From Eledone cirrhosa (taxonomy: Eukaryota): a stretch of DNA of 64,000 bases. The translations under genes and the position numbers were made by a program. Below, piece by piece: positions 12,308-24,440 of the stretch (its first letter is position 1; every line of letters starts with the position of its first letter). The DNA is taken from contig OZ024741.1 in assembly GCA_964016885.1 (NCBI GenBank), forward strand, positions 390,476,001 to 390,540,000. Direction: 5' to 3'. The notes beneath the pieces are model-generated. The model was not told the DNA's origin. It saw nothing but the letters and a program-made list of their open reading frames with translations, and searched no databases.

Positions 12308-12496
12308 GGAGTGGATTGGCAGTATTGGTAAAGGGTCGGACGCCATGCTTTCCAGCATAGTTACGTCCCTTTACGATCTGAGTTCAAATCCCTCCAAGGT
12401 TGACTTTGCCTTTCATCCTTACGGGGTCAATAAAATAAAGTACCAGTATTGCACTGGGTAATTGCAGGCCTTGTGCCTAAAGTAGAAACAATTATG
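12308..12496 (+). mobile_element. tRNA-derived SINE, family A
   Basis: GTGGATTGGCAGTAT.GGTA head, B-box GAGTTCAAATCC, central CTTTGCCTTTCATCCTTACGGGGTC.ATAAAATAAAGTACCAG, tail TAGAAACAATTA. ATTATGAAATATTAAAGTG on both sides looks like a TSD. Confidence 0.88.
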
Positions 12497-13689
12497 AAAT
12501 ATTAAAGTGAAAATTATATCGTTAATTTTCACTGAGAAAAGAACATATTTTCTTCAAGAGTTTTATACCATAAGAAAAGTTTCTGTCCATGAGATGGCAC
12601 AAAAGCACAAAGTCAATAAACAGGGGAATACCAGGGAGAGCTGAAACAGACACGAATCCAAGGATTCAAATATCAATTTTGTGGCAGAAATTCAAGAAAT
12701 GAGTGAATTAATTAAGTAAACTTATTTCTAGAGAAAAAAATGCACCACATTGAGCTACTTAAGTCTTCTAGAGCCCCAAATTAGCATGAAATCATTGTAT
12801 TGGGAATGTTATTTATTCCCTCTTGCTGTTTTAACATGTGGAGGGCGACGTCAGAATTTTCCTTTTTCTTTGATAAATATTGGTTAAATTACACCTATGA
12901 AAATTATATTGTGCAATGAATATTATTTTGTAGACTATTAAAATCTGATGTGATGGGTATTTTTTTCTGATTTTAAATACAGTCGGATAATATTTGGTTT
13001 GTTTACATTTTCACAAGTAGTACTGATTCTCTCTCTCTCTCTCTCCCTCTCCCTCTCTCTCTCTTGCTAACGAGTTTGCTTGCAGGAATTAGTTTTCACA
13101 TTTTGTTTGGTTTTTAATCTCTGAAAAAGTTTCAATAATAATTAAATAAAATTGAATAATTTTATTAATAAATATCACCAACATTTGTAACAGGACTGTT
13201 AGTAACACTTCGGTTAACTTTTAAGCCTTGGCAAATGCCGTATTAAATTCATAATCTTGCATGTTATGTAAGTGTCGGATTTTCATCCAAAGTTTATGAG
13301 AAGAAAGTTAACATCCAGAACTTTCCAATTATAAATAATCGTCCACGGGAAAATGCATTTGACATGAAAATGATCAAGCAAACTGCGCATGTTGCCCCTT
13401 CCTATTAGATGTATTGATTCAGTTTTAAACCCTGTACCAGTGCTTGGTAATGGATCACAATATAGCCATGCCTGAAAATGCATGAAAAACTTGCAACTGC
13501 CTTTAATCACTGTAATTCAATTGTTTATAGCCATTTTTAATAGTCCATTAAAATTTTATTTGGGACATGGTATCATATCTCAAAATCTCACAATTTATTT
13601 AATTTTATACATACTACAAATATGCCAAAACTCAAGTCCCTGTGGCTTGTACTTTGGGATTTTGCTAGGTCTGAAAGGTTTACGTTCAC

Positions 13690-14815
13690 CTCATCCTCGG
13701 GTCACCGATCCACCCACCGGCCAGCCGCTCCACCATCAGGTCCGGGCTCCAGCAACTCATGACCCTCACAAGCCGACTGGGCTTGATTGATGGCCACCCA
13801 GCACTCTTCCTGTTGAGGAACTGCTTCACCATGCTGGAGCTCCTCTATAGCCTTCACAGCGCTCCGTGCTACACCCACGCATCTCTCCTCACTGACCTCG
13901 ATACTTGTATTCGAGCAGCAGCCGAGGAGATATGCAACGTCAGGTTTGACGACATTGGATGACAACAGGCCACTTTACCTGTCAGGTATGGTGGCTTTGG
14001 CCTCCGGTCTCTGATCTCACTGGCTTTGCCGGCGTTTCTTTCGTCGGTAACCTCATGCTGCGTCCTCGTCAGCAGGGTTCTCCAAAACATAATGGAACCC
14101 TCTGTGATCAGGGTATGTGAAGCCGCCTGTGAGACGTGGGACCGGCTGGGACTTAGCCCAATAGACTCCCTCCTCCTTCTCCCCCTGCTGACGTCAAGTC
14201 CCCCCAAAGCATTTGGGATGTCATCCAGTGCAGTCTGGCCTCAGACAGGCTCACGCGCCAGCTCGACCAGCACCGCCTTGCCTGTTTTCGCGCAGCCTCC
14301 AAACCCCACAGTGGTGCCTGGCTCCATGCCTTGCCTTCCTTTTCCACTGGCACGCCATGCTGCCCTCAACGAGGTCATAAAACATGGCTTGGATGCTGCA
14401 GGCTTCCCCCCTCCCAGCTCAAGCTGGTGGGGCTGGACCAAGGGGACGGTAAAAGGTCAGACGGTATGACCATCTTCCCATTCCGCGTTGGGAAACACCT
14501 CGTCTGGGATGCCACTTGCAACAACACTTTCTCCAACCACAACCTGGTGCAGTCTGCGACTAACCCAGGTTCTGCTGCACGTCAGGCTGAGGAGGGTGAA
14601 CTCTCCAAGTACCGGTTGCTGTCCGACAGGTTTGTGGTCTTCTGGTGGAGACTTCTGGTGTCCTTGGGCCTACAGCTACCTCCCTATTCACCACCATAGG
14701 CGCTGAGCAGGCCAGCCGCAGGTGTGAGCCTCGCGAGTTGGAATGGCTCTTCCAGCGCATCTCCCTTACCATCCTCTGGGGAAACGCCTTCTCCATTCTG
14801 TCCACCAGAGCTGTG
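13690..14815 (+). mobile_element. CRE-like (RLE-type) non-LTR retrotransposon relic, internally deleted
   Basis: Across frames: ALFLLRNC, QATLPVRYGGFGLR, RHAALNEVIK, DGKRSDGMT..LVWDATC (PD-like), EE.ELSKY, ETSGVLG, LFQRISLTILWGNA. Clearly higher GC than the flanks. Confidence 0.78.
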
Positions 14816-17011
14816 GGGAGGCCAGCACGTGGAACCCCATTTGCTTACCATACAGAGAAATGGGGAGGGCAAGAGAGATGGAAGTGATAACAGTGGGAGT
14901 TTGGCTCTTCCACATTCGGACCATATCCTTGTGGTTGTGTTCATTATCCACAGCAACAAGTTATTCTGATCCTTTCCCAGCATTATACCTTGTATATGGT
15001 TATTGCTGGGTGATTAGGTTGCTAGCTGACACAAAACCAACTGTTTATTACATGCAATAAAATAAGCTTGCCCCCAAAAAGTTTCATTTTCAAGAACCTG
15101 AAAAAATAGGCAACTGGCTATCCCATGAGCACTATTAATTTGTGTAATTTGAAGATGATTATCTCCTCAGTATCAAAGTTTTGACATCACAAATATGGCT
15201 AATTAGGCAAGATTTCAACCAATTCACTGACCATTCAAATTATAATATTTCCTAAACTATTCATCCAAATTTCACAAATAAAGTATCAAAATGTTTCTTT
15301 TTGGGTGCTCTCCAAGAAAAAATACAGTAGAAGTTAGATTTAAATATTTTCAAAAATTCATAGTGATACTTAATATCCAGTGCTATAAAATAATACTTGG
15401 TAATGCTAATACATTAAGTAACATCAAGTACAAACATAGTTATTTTGTTTTGTTGAATATATAGCAAGAAGCACTGCCAGAATTTAACAGAAAATTAATA
15501 AAACATGAATTGGAGGAAAATAGTATGAGGAATTGAATTTGTGAATGTGAGCGACATCAACAGAGGCTGAGTAAAAGAGATACAGAGATTAGTTTCAAAG
15601 TAAGATAAATATAAATATCAAAAGTTCATACATAAGGTAAAAATTACTTAGATTAAAAATAAAAAATATTAAATAAATAATTTAAAGAATTTTAAATCAA
15701 TTTAATAAAATTTGAAACTGAAAGTCTAGAAGAGAAGGAGAATTATTAGCTTTATAAACATAACCAAATAAAAGTGAGAGTAAATAGAAGAATGTTAGCA
15801 AACAAGAATATCACACAGAAATATAGAGAAAAAAATATAAAAAAAACTTTTTAAACAGTCTGAGAAACTGATGGTGAACTGCATCAGTGAAGTTGATGTC
15901 TTTAGATCAGTTTATATGTCATGGTGGAGAAGAGGAAATGGATGTTTTAGGACTGGCTTTTTATTTGAAAGAAAACATTTAAATTTCAGAGTTGTACTTG
16001 TTAGTAACAGATGGACTATTAGTGGAGACCAATGCAGTAGAAAAGAACCAGAGGGCAGCCAAAGGCAAGACCACATGATGATCTGACCCAATACCTTGGC
16101 CCACACATGGCCCAATATGACCAAAGATAGGAAGTGGTGAAGGTGAACCAGAACAGGGTTCCTCCAACATGAGCGCGAAGGCCCTGGATTTTGGACTTGT
16201 CAGGCAAGTTACCTGATTTGAGATTGTGTATTGAAACTAAAGCAATTACATCTTGAAAGAGTCATTTTAGCTAATCTAAAAACTATACAGAAATTGTTAA
16301 ATTCTCTTTACATTGAATATTTACTCTTTAGTATCATTTAATTCTCTCTCTCTGAGACAAATTGGCAGAATTTAAAACAAAATGCTTTGTAGTATTTATT
16401 CTAGCTTTCTGTACTCATGGTTAACTTTTTTTCATCCTTTCAGAGTAAATATAATAAAGTACAAAAGAACCACTCTAGGTCAGTAGATTGACAGAATTAC
16501 GAGAGCACTAGACATGATGTCTTGTGACATGTTTTCTGGTTCTTCGCTGTCTGAGTTCAAAGCTCACAGTGACCTATTTAGGTAGTATATATAATCTGTC
16601 ACCCAGTTTAACACCATCCCCTGGCCCTTGGATGCATTTAACAGAGTCCACTGTTACAAACATTCAAACCAAATCCCCAGTTTGTGGATACCTTCTTCCT
16701 ACCATCACAGCAATCTTAAAGACCCTGCAAATGACTATGTGCAATACCCTTCTATCCTTGATTAAACAATAAAAATAATAATAATAATAATGATTTCTAA
16801 TTTAGGCACAAGGCTAATAAATTGTAGTGAGGGAAAGTCAATTACATAAATCCCAGTATGTGAAGAACACTTATTATGAACCTCGGAAGGATAAAAGATG
16901 ACCTCAGCAGGACTTGAACTCAGAACATAAAGAACAAGAACAAATACTGATAAGTATTTGTCCAATGTTCTAATAACTCTGTCAATCTACCACTCTAATA
17001 ATAATGATGAT

Positions 17012-17227
17012 AATTTCTACTATAGGCACAAGGCCAGCAATTTGGGGAAAAGGGAAAGTTGATTAAATTGACCCTAATGTGTTATTGGTACTTTATTTTA
17101 TCCACCTCATAAGGATGAAAGGCAAAGTTAACCTTGGCTGGATTTGAATTCAGAACATAAAGGGAGGCAATTCTATTTTGCAAAGCATGATGTCTGACAC
17201 TCTACAGATACTACCAATCCATCGCCC
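17012..17227 (-). mobile_element. SINE family A (diverged); adjacent diverged copy at ~16793-16995
   Basis: Reverse complement of the family A core (AAGGATGAAAGGCAAAGT..CCT..G.GGATTTGAA.TCAG). Confidence 0.75.
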
Positions 17228-18004
17228 TTATATCAAGAATGAAATAATAGACACAATATATACATATAGATGTACATGTGTGTGCATATCTTATTATTAT
17301 TCCTGAGAGGGTTGTGGGGGTACAGTCCTCAAATACTCCTTCCAGTGGGTCCTGTCAGAAGCAATCATCTCCAACTGATCCAGCTGGATCCCCGAGACCA
17401 GCCAAGTTGATGGATGTTATCCAACCATTTTGTTCTGGGTCTCCTGCTGGTTGGTTTTGCCTATAAAATCTGTCCAGCGATTCTTTCCTGAAACATTCTA
17501 ACCACATATCCATAGTATCAAAGCTGTGATCTCTCGGAGGAGGAACCCTATTTCAGCCATGTATTCATGATTATTATAATGGTGTGTTACACCTGTTAGT
17601 ATATCTGTATGAACAAAGGTAAAACGAAAGTATTCACCAGATGTAATTTCGAACTACCAACGAGATCACTACAATGAGACTCTGTATACACAGTCTACTC
17701 ACAGTTCACTTCAGTTATTATTTATAGACATTTCGCCTAGTTCACTTTTAGTTACGCAGGGGTGTTCAGGGTTTTTCCCTACAACAGTGATTCGGTCATT
17801 ACCCAAGATTCATGATCATAGGTAAGGCTTGGCACAAATACCAAATTGAAGATAGTGAGTTTGGCTTTTACACCTACCTCACTTCTGATTACTGAATGCT
17901 GAAGCTGGTGCATTACTGCACCAGTTCCTGCAATTCTTGCACTTAATTCAGCCTCCTGACTTCTATCACTCATGAACAAAGCTTCATGTGTATATCTAAT
18001 AATA

Positions 18005-18220
18005 ATAATTGTTTCTACTTTTAGGCACAAGACCAGTGATTTTGGGGTGGGGAGAAAGTCGATTAAATTGACCCAGTTCATTACTGATACTTTATTTTAT
18101 CGACCCCGTAAGGATGAAAGGCAAAGCAAACCTCAGCAAGATTTGAACTCAGAAGTAAAGGGTCATAACTCTATGTCACAAAGCATATTGTCCGATGCTC
18201 TACCAATACTGCCAATCCGC

Positions 18221-18222
<2 letters not shown>
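18005..18222 (-). mobile_element. SINE family A
   Basis: TCGACCCCGTAAGGATGAAAGGCAAAG..GATTTGAACTCAG..TACCAATACTGCCAATCCGC. Confidence 0.82.
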
Positions 18223-18253
<31 letters not shown>

Positions 18254-19531
18254 CCGCTTTTTGGAACACTTCAAAAGGCATGCTTGCTGGGAACAGCAAG
18301 AACTCTCCGATACATCCTGAATATCTGAGGCTGCAGGTAGTGGCTTGATATTCATTTCAACAAACTTTCCAGTTAACTAACATCAATGACTGGGACTCAA
18401 AGAATAATAATAATAAGACAATAGGTTGAATCCCAAAACATCTGATCCTTCTTCTCCCTAAACTTATCCAAATACATCAACTTTATTCACCATAAACAAC
18501 AGAATTCCCTTTTTAACAAGTTCCAGTGAATATCCAGGAAATATTTTAGCGAAGTTTAGTTCAAAGTTCAACAATGCAATAGTTTGTTAGTGAAATCTAA
18601 CAAAAAACAGATAAATAAATAAATAAATAAATAATATAGACTTCAATAATGAGTCTGAAGCAAGTGAAATGAAAAGTAACTATTAGAATAAATAAGCATG
18701 GAGAGCTGTCTGCATTGCGAAAGATTGTGGGTGGGAGCTATTTAATTTAAGAGTGCCAACAAGACAGTGAAATTAAGTGTACATTTGAAATGCAAGTGCA
18801 GATAGTGTCTAATTGATTGCAATGCAAGAGATTTGCTTGAGAGAAAATAAGACAAGAAAAGCTCTTAAAAATAACCAAAAAACTACTCCAGTTGGTGTTT
18901 CAGCTAAGGGAGAATCATTGTATTTTATGTGATAATTGGTTGCTGTGTCAACTGGGAAGGAGAGAGAGCAGGAGGTTTTAGGTGTCTGGTTAGGACAAAT
19001 TGGTTGGAGGTGAAAGAGAAATGGGGACGCAGTGGGAGGGGAGAGTGATTGAACATAAGAGAAAAGTGGAGAGATGAGGAAAGAGAGAGAAAAATATTGA
19101 GATATGGAGAAAATATAAAGAAAGAGAGGGGGGGAAGAGAAACTGATTGAAATAGAAGAAAATGTGGAGAGAAAGAGACTGATTGAAAGATAGGAGAAAA
19201 ATAGAGAGATGCGTGGAGAGAGAAATATTGAGAGAGAGCATGGAAAATAAGTGTTAAACGATGATAATGATGATGATGATAAAGAAAATGTAAAGAGAGA
19301 GACAAGAAGTGATTGAAAGAAAGGTAGACAGAGGGGAAAAAGAATGAGTTTTAAGAAAAATGAAAGAAAATGGAGGGGGAAAATGAGAGATAGAAAGTGA
19401 AAGAAATGTGCTATAAGTAAAATGAGGGTGGGGATTAATGGGGGAAGTAGGCAGATTGTAAATCATATTTTTGACATGCATATAAATGTACATCTGTGGT
19501 GCAACATGTCGTGGAGGATGTAGAATAATAC

Positions 19532-19615
19532 CTTTTACGTATCCTAGGAGATGAACGAGAGAAAGAATTCACCTGAGACGGTGCATTCACCATCGAGCAG
19601 ATGCAGCCATCTCCT
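19532..19615 (-). CDS. PIP5K1: PIP5K1-like 84-nt symmetric (phase 2-2) exon, probably a cassette
   Basis: Acceptor ttttccttttacttgtag and donor AAAG|gtatta. Open reading (R)GDGCICSMVNAPSQVNSFSRSSPRIRK in the frame set by the 30352 donor. Confidence 0.62.
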
Positions 19616-20485
19616 CTACAAGTAAAAGGAAAACATTGTATCGTAGAGAGACGGCCAAGAGTGCAGTGACTCTTGTCAAATATGTCTGCATTGTCCCTTC
19701 AACTTAAATACACTAATAGATACTTGACATTCACAACATAGATGCACACATTTTTCATATGTGTGGTGCATACATGCATGCACACTCGTTCACACACACA
19801 CAACAACAACAAGAATATGTATAATTTTACAGGACCCCAAAACAACTTAAATAAAACCCATCAGCATGTATATAGCAAAATATACAAATAATAATTTTAA
19901 AAACATTAAAAAAAGAAACAAAAGTAATTAGGCATTTACAAAAATGTTTTATTCATATGAAAAAAAGAATAGACAAAAAAAAAATAGAGTTCGATTTTAA
20001 GCAAGAAAACGCTCATTTGATGGAGGGAAGAGATAGAAATATTGAAAAATAGAAAAAAAAATGTTTTTTAGAGAGAATTGAATAAGAAAAATAGCAAAAA
20101 GACTCTGAAGCTGTGTGTGATGAAAAGACGATATGTAAAGGAATATAAGCCTCAACATCGAACATCACAGTAACAACAATTATGAAGTCTTCATAAGTGT
20201 ATAAACATAATTAAATATAGTGCTTCTCTGTATGTTTTAATAATGCTGTTACTATGAAATAAAACAAACTTTTGTTTTTGTTTTTTATCAACAATTTTTT
20301 TTCTTTTTCTCTTACTTTCTGTTTGTATTGTTTTGTGTTGTGTTTTTTTGTTTTTTTACTATCAATGGACTAGGTTTATAATTTTACCGGAATGAGCTGT
20401 TGTAACTCATAGTGCTTTTGTAGGTACCTAAAAAAAGTGGAAGAGTGGTAGCATTAGTTGTAAAAAAAGCACATTACACACACAG

Positions 20486-20557
<72 letters not shown>

Positions 20558-20574
20558 GTATATACTTCGTTTTT

Positions 20575-20916
20575 GTATATGTTTTGCAACATTTCTCATC
20601 TGAAAACAAGTGTTGAAACAAATATTGTTATACTTTGGGAGGGTCATGCTGCCAATAAAAACACGTGCAGCTGTTGGTTTTCACCTCAATTTATTACAAA
20701 TTTCCAGTTGGTTGGTTTAATAATCGGATTTTGTAAATGAGGTTGGCGTTAGGAAGGGCATCCAGCTGTAGAAACAAAGCCAGAATCAGTCCTGTATGAG
20801 CAAGACATGGTCACCTGACCACAACAGAACAACACGTCTAACCCATGCTAGCATGGAAAATGGATGTAAGACGGAGGTGATGATGATATATGTATACACA
20901 CACAAATATATACATA

Positions 20917-21010
<94 letters not shown>

Positions 21011-21840
21011 CATCGTTGTGAAAACACCCCTGCAGGCAGGAATTAAAGGAACACCATGGAAAACATCCAGCAAATAGCTAACTCCATCCACCAGAGTATT
21101 AAAGTTACCGTAGACTACCCAACTAAACACCCCAATCATAGATTACCTGTATTAGACACAGAACTCTGGTTAGAAACTGTTAATAATAAAACACAAATCC
21201 TCCATTCGCATTATGCCAAACCCATGACCTCCAAGTACCTGATCCACCGAAACTCAGCCATTTTGGATAACATGAAAGTTAACATACTGATTGTGGACTT
21301 AGTAGGAGTGATGAGGAATATGTCCTGCAAGTGCATTCCTAAAGAATTAGGGAGACACATACAACACTTCATCCACCGTATGCAGTTCTCTGGCTACAGT
21401 CAGAGAGACAGGATCAGGGTGTATAAAGAAGTCAGGGCCAAATGGGCAAAGATGGTAGAAAATGATGCAAATGGAACTTGCTCTATGTATAGGAGAAAAT
21501 TTGGGAATAAGATAGAAAGAATTAAGAAGAAGTCTAATAAAGTCAACTTTTTGTGTGGGAGCAATAAATACCAAAGCGTAATGTTTGTCAATGCAACCCC
21601 CAGAGGCGAACTAGCTTACAGATTTAGAAAGGCTCTAGACAAACAAAAATTAAATATTAAGATAGTTGAAAGACCAGATATTCCTCCTATAAAAGCCCTA
21701 ATTAGTAGAACATATCCTTTAAAAAAAAAAAACCTGTACTGATAGGAAAAGAGCTTTGACAATAAATAAACAACCATCTGGTTATTAAACCAACCAACCA
21801 GAAGTTTAAAATATGACCCTCCCAAAGAATAACAACATAT
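20575..21840 (+). mobile_element. Penelope-like element fragment (RT C-terminal region, ORF 21056-21742) between partial inverted repeats
   Basis: IANSIH..IKVTVDYP..LPVLD..HYAKPM..SA..MQFSGYS..VMFV.ATP.GELA resembles the PLE RT thumb region. TTGTTA.ACTTTGGGAGGGTCAT (20625) and TTGGTTGGTTTAATAA (20708) recur inverted at ~21777-21835. Confidence 0.68.
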
Positions 21841-22030
21841 ATATATATATAAAAACAGATATATAAGCATATATATATATATGTTTAGATAGATAGGTAC
21901 ACAGATACAGCTAGACATATAAACACATACATATATGTGAGTGTGTGTGTATATTTTTTCTCACTATATCTTAATACATAATTCAAGCTAAAGAGAAAAT
22001 AATTCAAAATAATTTAAAATAAAAGCTTAC

Positions 22031-22090
22031 CTTTAACAACATGCAATATTTACAAGCAAGCAACACAAGTGTTTCTCACATTTTCTAACT
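22031..22090 (-). other. Candidate 60-nt PIP5K cassette exon ending in an in-frame TAA
   Basis: Acceptor tttcccctatattttcactatcaccatcag and donor AAAG|gtaagc. Phase 2 reading (R)VRKCEKHLCCLLVNIACC*. Confidence 0.45.
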
Positions 22091-22367
22091 CTGATGGTGA
22101 TAGTGAAAATATAGGGGAAACGCACACACATACATACACAAATAAATACAGCTATAGTAGAAATAAAATGTCATGAATAACAAATCATACATCTAGAGAG
22201 TGTAGGTGCACATAGGGTATACTTTAGGAGTTAGGACATATCTAACTGCAGACTCTTAGGCTTTCATGCATGGTCAAATGTGTTTACATTTTGAAACACA
22301 CACATATGTGGAATGGGTGAATGCCTATATATATATATATACACACACACACATATATATATACACA

Positions 22368-22424
<57 letters not shown>

Positions 22425-22567
22425 ACACATTAGGTTTGTGTGAATGCAGTAATGTGATTTGGTTTACAAATATTCTAACAAGCTATACTGAAACTGGTGG
22501 ATGCTGGTGTGAATCCCTATCATTTACAGATTTCTATTTCCTGCTCTTAAGATAGAATATTTTAGAC

Positions 22568-23183
22568 CAGTGGTTCCCAAAGTGGGTTCCGTGAAGCAAG
22601 CCCAGGGGTTCCGTAAGGCGCAAGTTGAAGTTTACTATAAAAATAAAGACTAACAAGTTGTAACGTGTATGATCGGTATATACTCCCCATATAAACATGC
22701 TAAGAGTGTTACACTGCGGAACTCTCAGCCAAATCATTCAGTTGGGTTGTAGTATTCCATTATTAAGGGTGTACTTTGAGCACCGTGTAATACTCAGAAT
22801 TATAATCGGATTTTATAACTTTTTACAATAAAGTTACATATTTGAATCTCTCATTTGAATATTTAAGTTCTCTCTTAAACGTAATATAGGTACCAAGTTT
22901 CACATGGTAAACACGTGCTGTATCCTCTATCAATAAACGTTTGCTCCTTGTCAACGAGTTTATTTTTGAGTTTTATTAAAATTTTTATTTTCAAAGCCCT
23001 TCAATGGATCGATGGTTAAAAAAACAAGAAATTCGTAAAGGAACTGAAATTACAACAAATACAGAAACAAAATCTTCTATAGAAGATACAGAAATTGCTG
23101 AATATGCAGTACAACCTGCCGCAACTACTAGTTTAATTCATGTGCAGGAGGGTTCCGCAATAAAAAAAGTTTGGGAATCACTG
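22568..23183 (+). mobile_element. Non-autonomous hAT (Charlie/Buster-like) transposon
   Basis: TIRs CAGTGGTTCCCAAA / TTTGGGAATCACTG. 8-bp TSD TTTTAGAC / CTTTAGAC. Retains the transposase-like start MDRWLKK at 23004. Confidence 0.88.
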
Positions 23184-23526
23184 CTTTAGACTATAAAAAA
23201 TTTTGAAATTCTTGAAGAATCTTTGTCAATAACCATAGTGTCCCCCCTTTAGTCAAATTTCAATAAACTTAAAACAAACATTTCAATCTGGTTAAATGGA
23301 TATATACCATATATACTTGTATATAAGCCGAGAAATATGAGCAACAAAGGATCTTCTATTAACTCCTTGTTGTACTTTCTACGTTATTTTCAATATTCTA
23401 GCAAGTCGATTGACCATGATGATTCTCCTTCACATACTCAATAAATTAGATCTTTAAATGAAAGCTTACTTTCACTTCCCTCTTATTGTCCTACACCACA
23501 TGAAACCACATTAACAAGACCTTTAA

Positions 23527-24016
23527 CCCTTTATCATTCACATTATTTTATATGGTGAATTGGCAGTATCGGTAGCGAGTTGGACGCCATGCTTTGACGC
23601 ATAGAGTTACTGCCCTTGCCATTCTGAGTTCAAATCCCGCCGAGGTTAACTTTGCCTTTCATCCTTACGGGGTCGATAAAATAAAGTACCAGTAATGTAC
23701 TGGGTAATTGCTGGCCTTGTGCTAAAAGTAGAAACAATTATTTTATATATACTAAAATAAAGTACCAGTAATGCACTGGGTAATTGCTGGCCTTGTGCCT
23801 AAAGTAGAAACAATTATTTTATATATACTATTATATTTTCATGGTAAATAATTATCTCATATAATTATCTCACATAATATCGAATCTATGAGATTTTGAA
23901 AGTATTTATTTTGAGAACAATACCTTAACATAAGTTTGAGCAACCAGTTACAGCCAGTTTCAACAGAAAAAGGTAGAGAATTCTGGCCGGTTTTGGCCGG
24001 TTTGAACACTAAAGGG
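23527..24016. mobile_element. piggyBac-type MITE containing a family A SINE (23553-~23742, plus a duplicated SINE 3' part to ~23822)
   Basis: TTAA|CCCTTT...AAAGGG|TTAA ends. The body is nearly identical to 53537-53756 once the SINE is removed. Confidence 0.85.
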
Positions 24017-24056
24017 TTAAATGAAAGCTTACTTCCACTTAACTCTTATCCTATAT

Positions 24057-24440
24057 TACATGAAACCACATTAGCAAGACATTCTTAAAAAGTACAAAAG
24101 AGTACTTTGATTGCATCCTATTAAAAATTAAAATATTTAGTCTAATACAGCAAAATTTACACAAAGAACTCTCCACTAGTGAAGATACAACAAACATTTG
24201 AATAGGCAAACATTTTTTTAGATATGTTCTGTGAAAACAATACAGGATGTTAAGAGTTAACTTTTAACAGCTTGTACCACATGAAACTGCATTACCAAGA
24301 TATTCTTGTAAAATACAAAACAGCCTTTAATCTGGTACTGCAATTCTTCTGTTCACTAGTAAAGATACTACAAACATTTGAATTGTCAAACATGTTTTTA
24401 GATATTTTACCTAAATCTATACAGGATGTGAAGAGTTACA
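24057..24440. repeat. Degenerate tandem duplication (~180-220 bp unit)
   Basis: ACATGAAAC..CATTA.CAAGA.ATTCTT and CACTAGT.AAGATAC.ACAAACATTTGAAT..ATACAGGATGT.AAGAGTTA each occur twice. Confidence 0.7.

Noticed and set aside
12308-12400. tRNA-like A/B boxes
   Set aside because: SINE heads without a cloverleaf; not tRNA genes.
17726-17772. Minus-strand CTGAACA..AGGCGAAATGTC relic
   Set aside because: Core mutated and no stem I; at most a dead PLE ribozyme remnant.
20600-20630. CTGAAAA..GAAACAA.ATTGTT hammerhead-like string
   Set aside because: G8 is missing, stems I and II are poor, and the homologous copy near 40340-40360 lacks CTGA.
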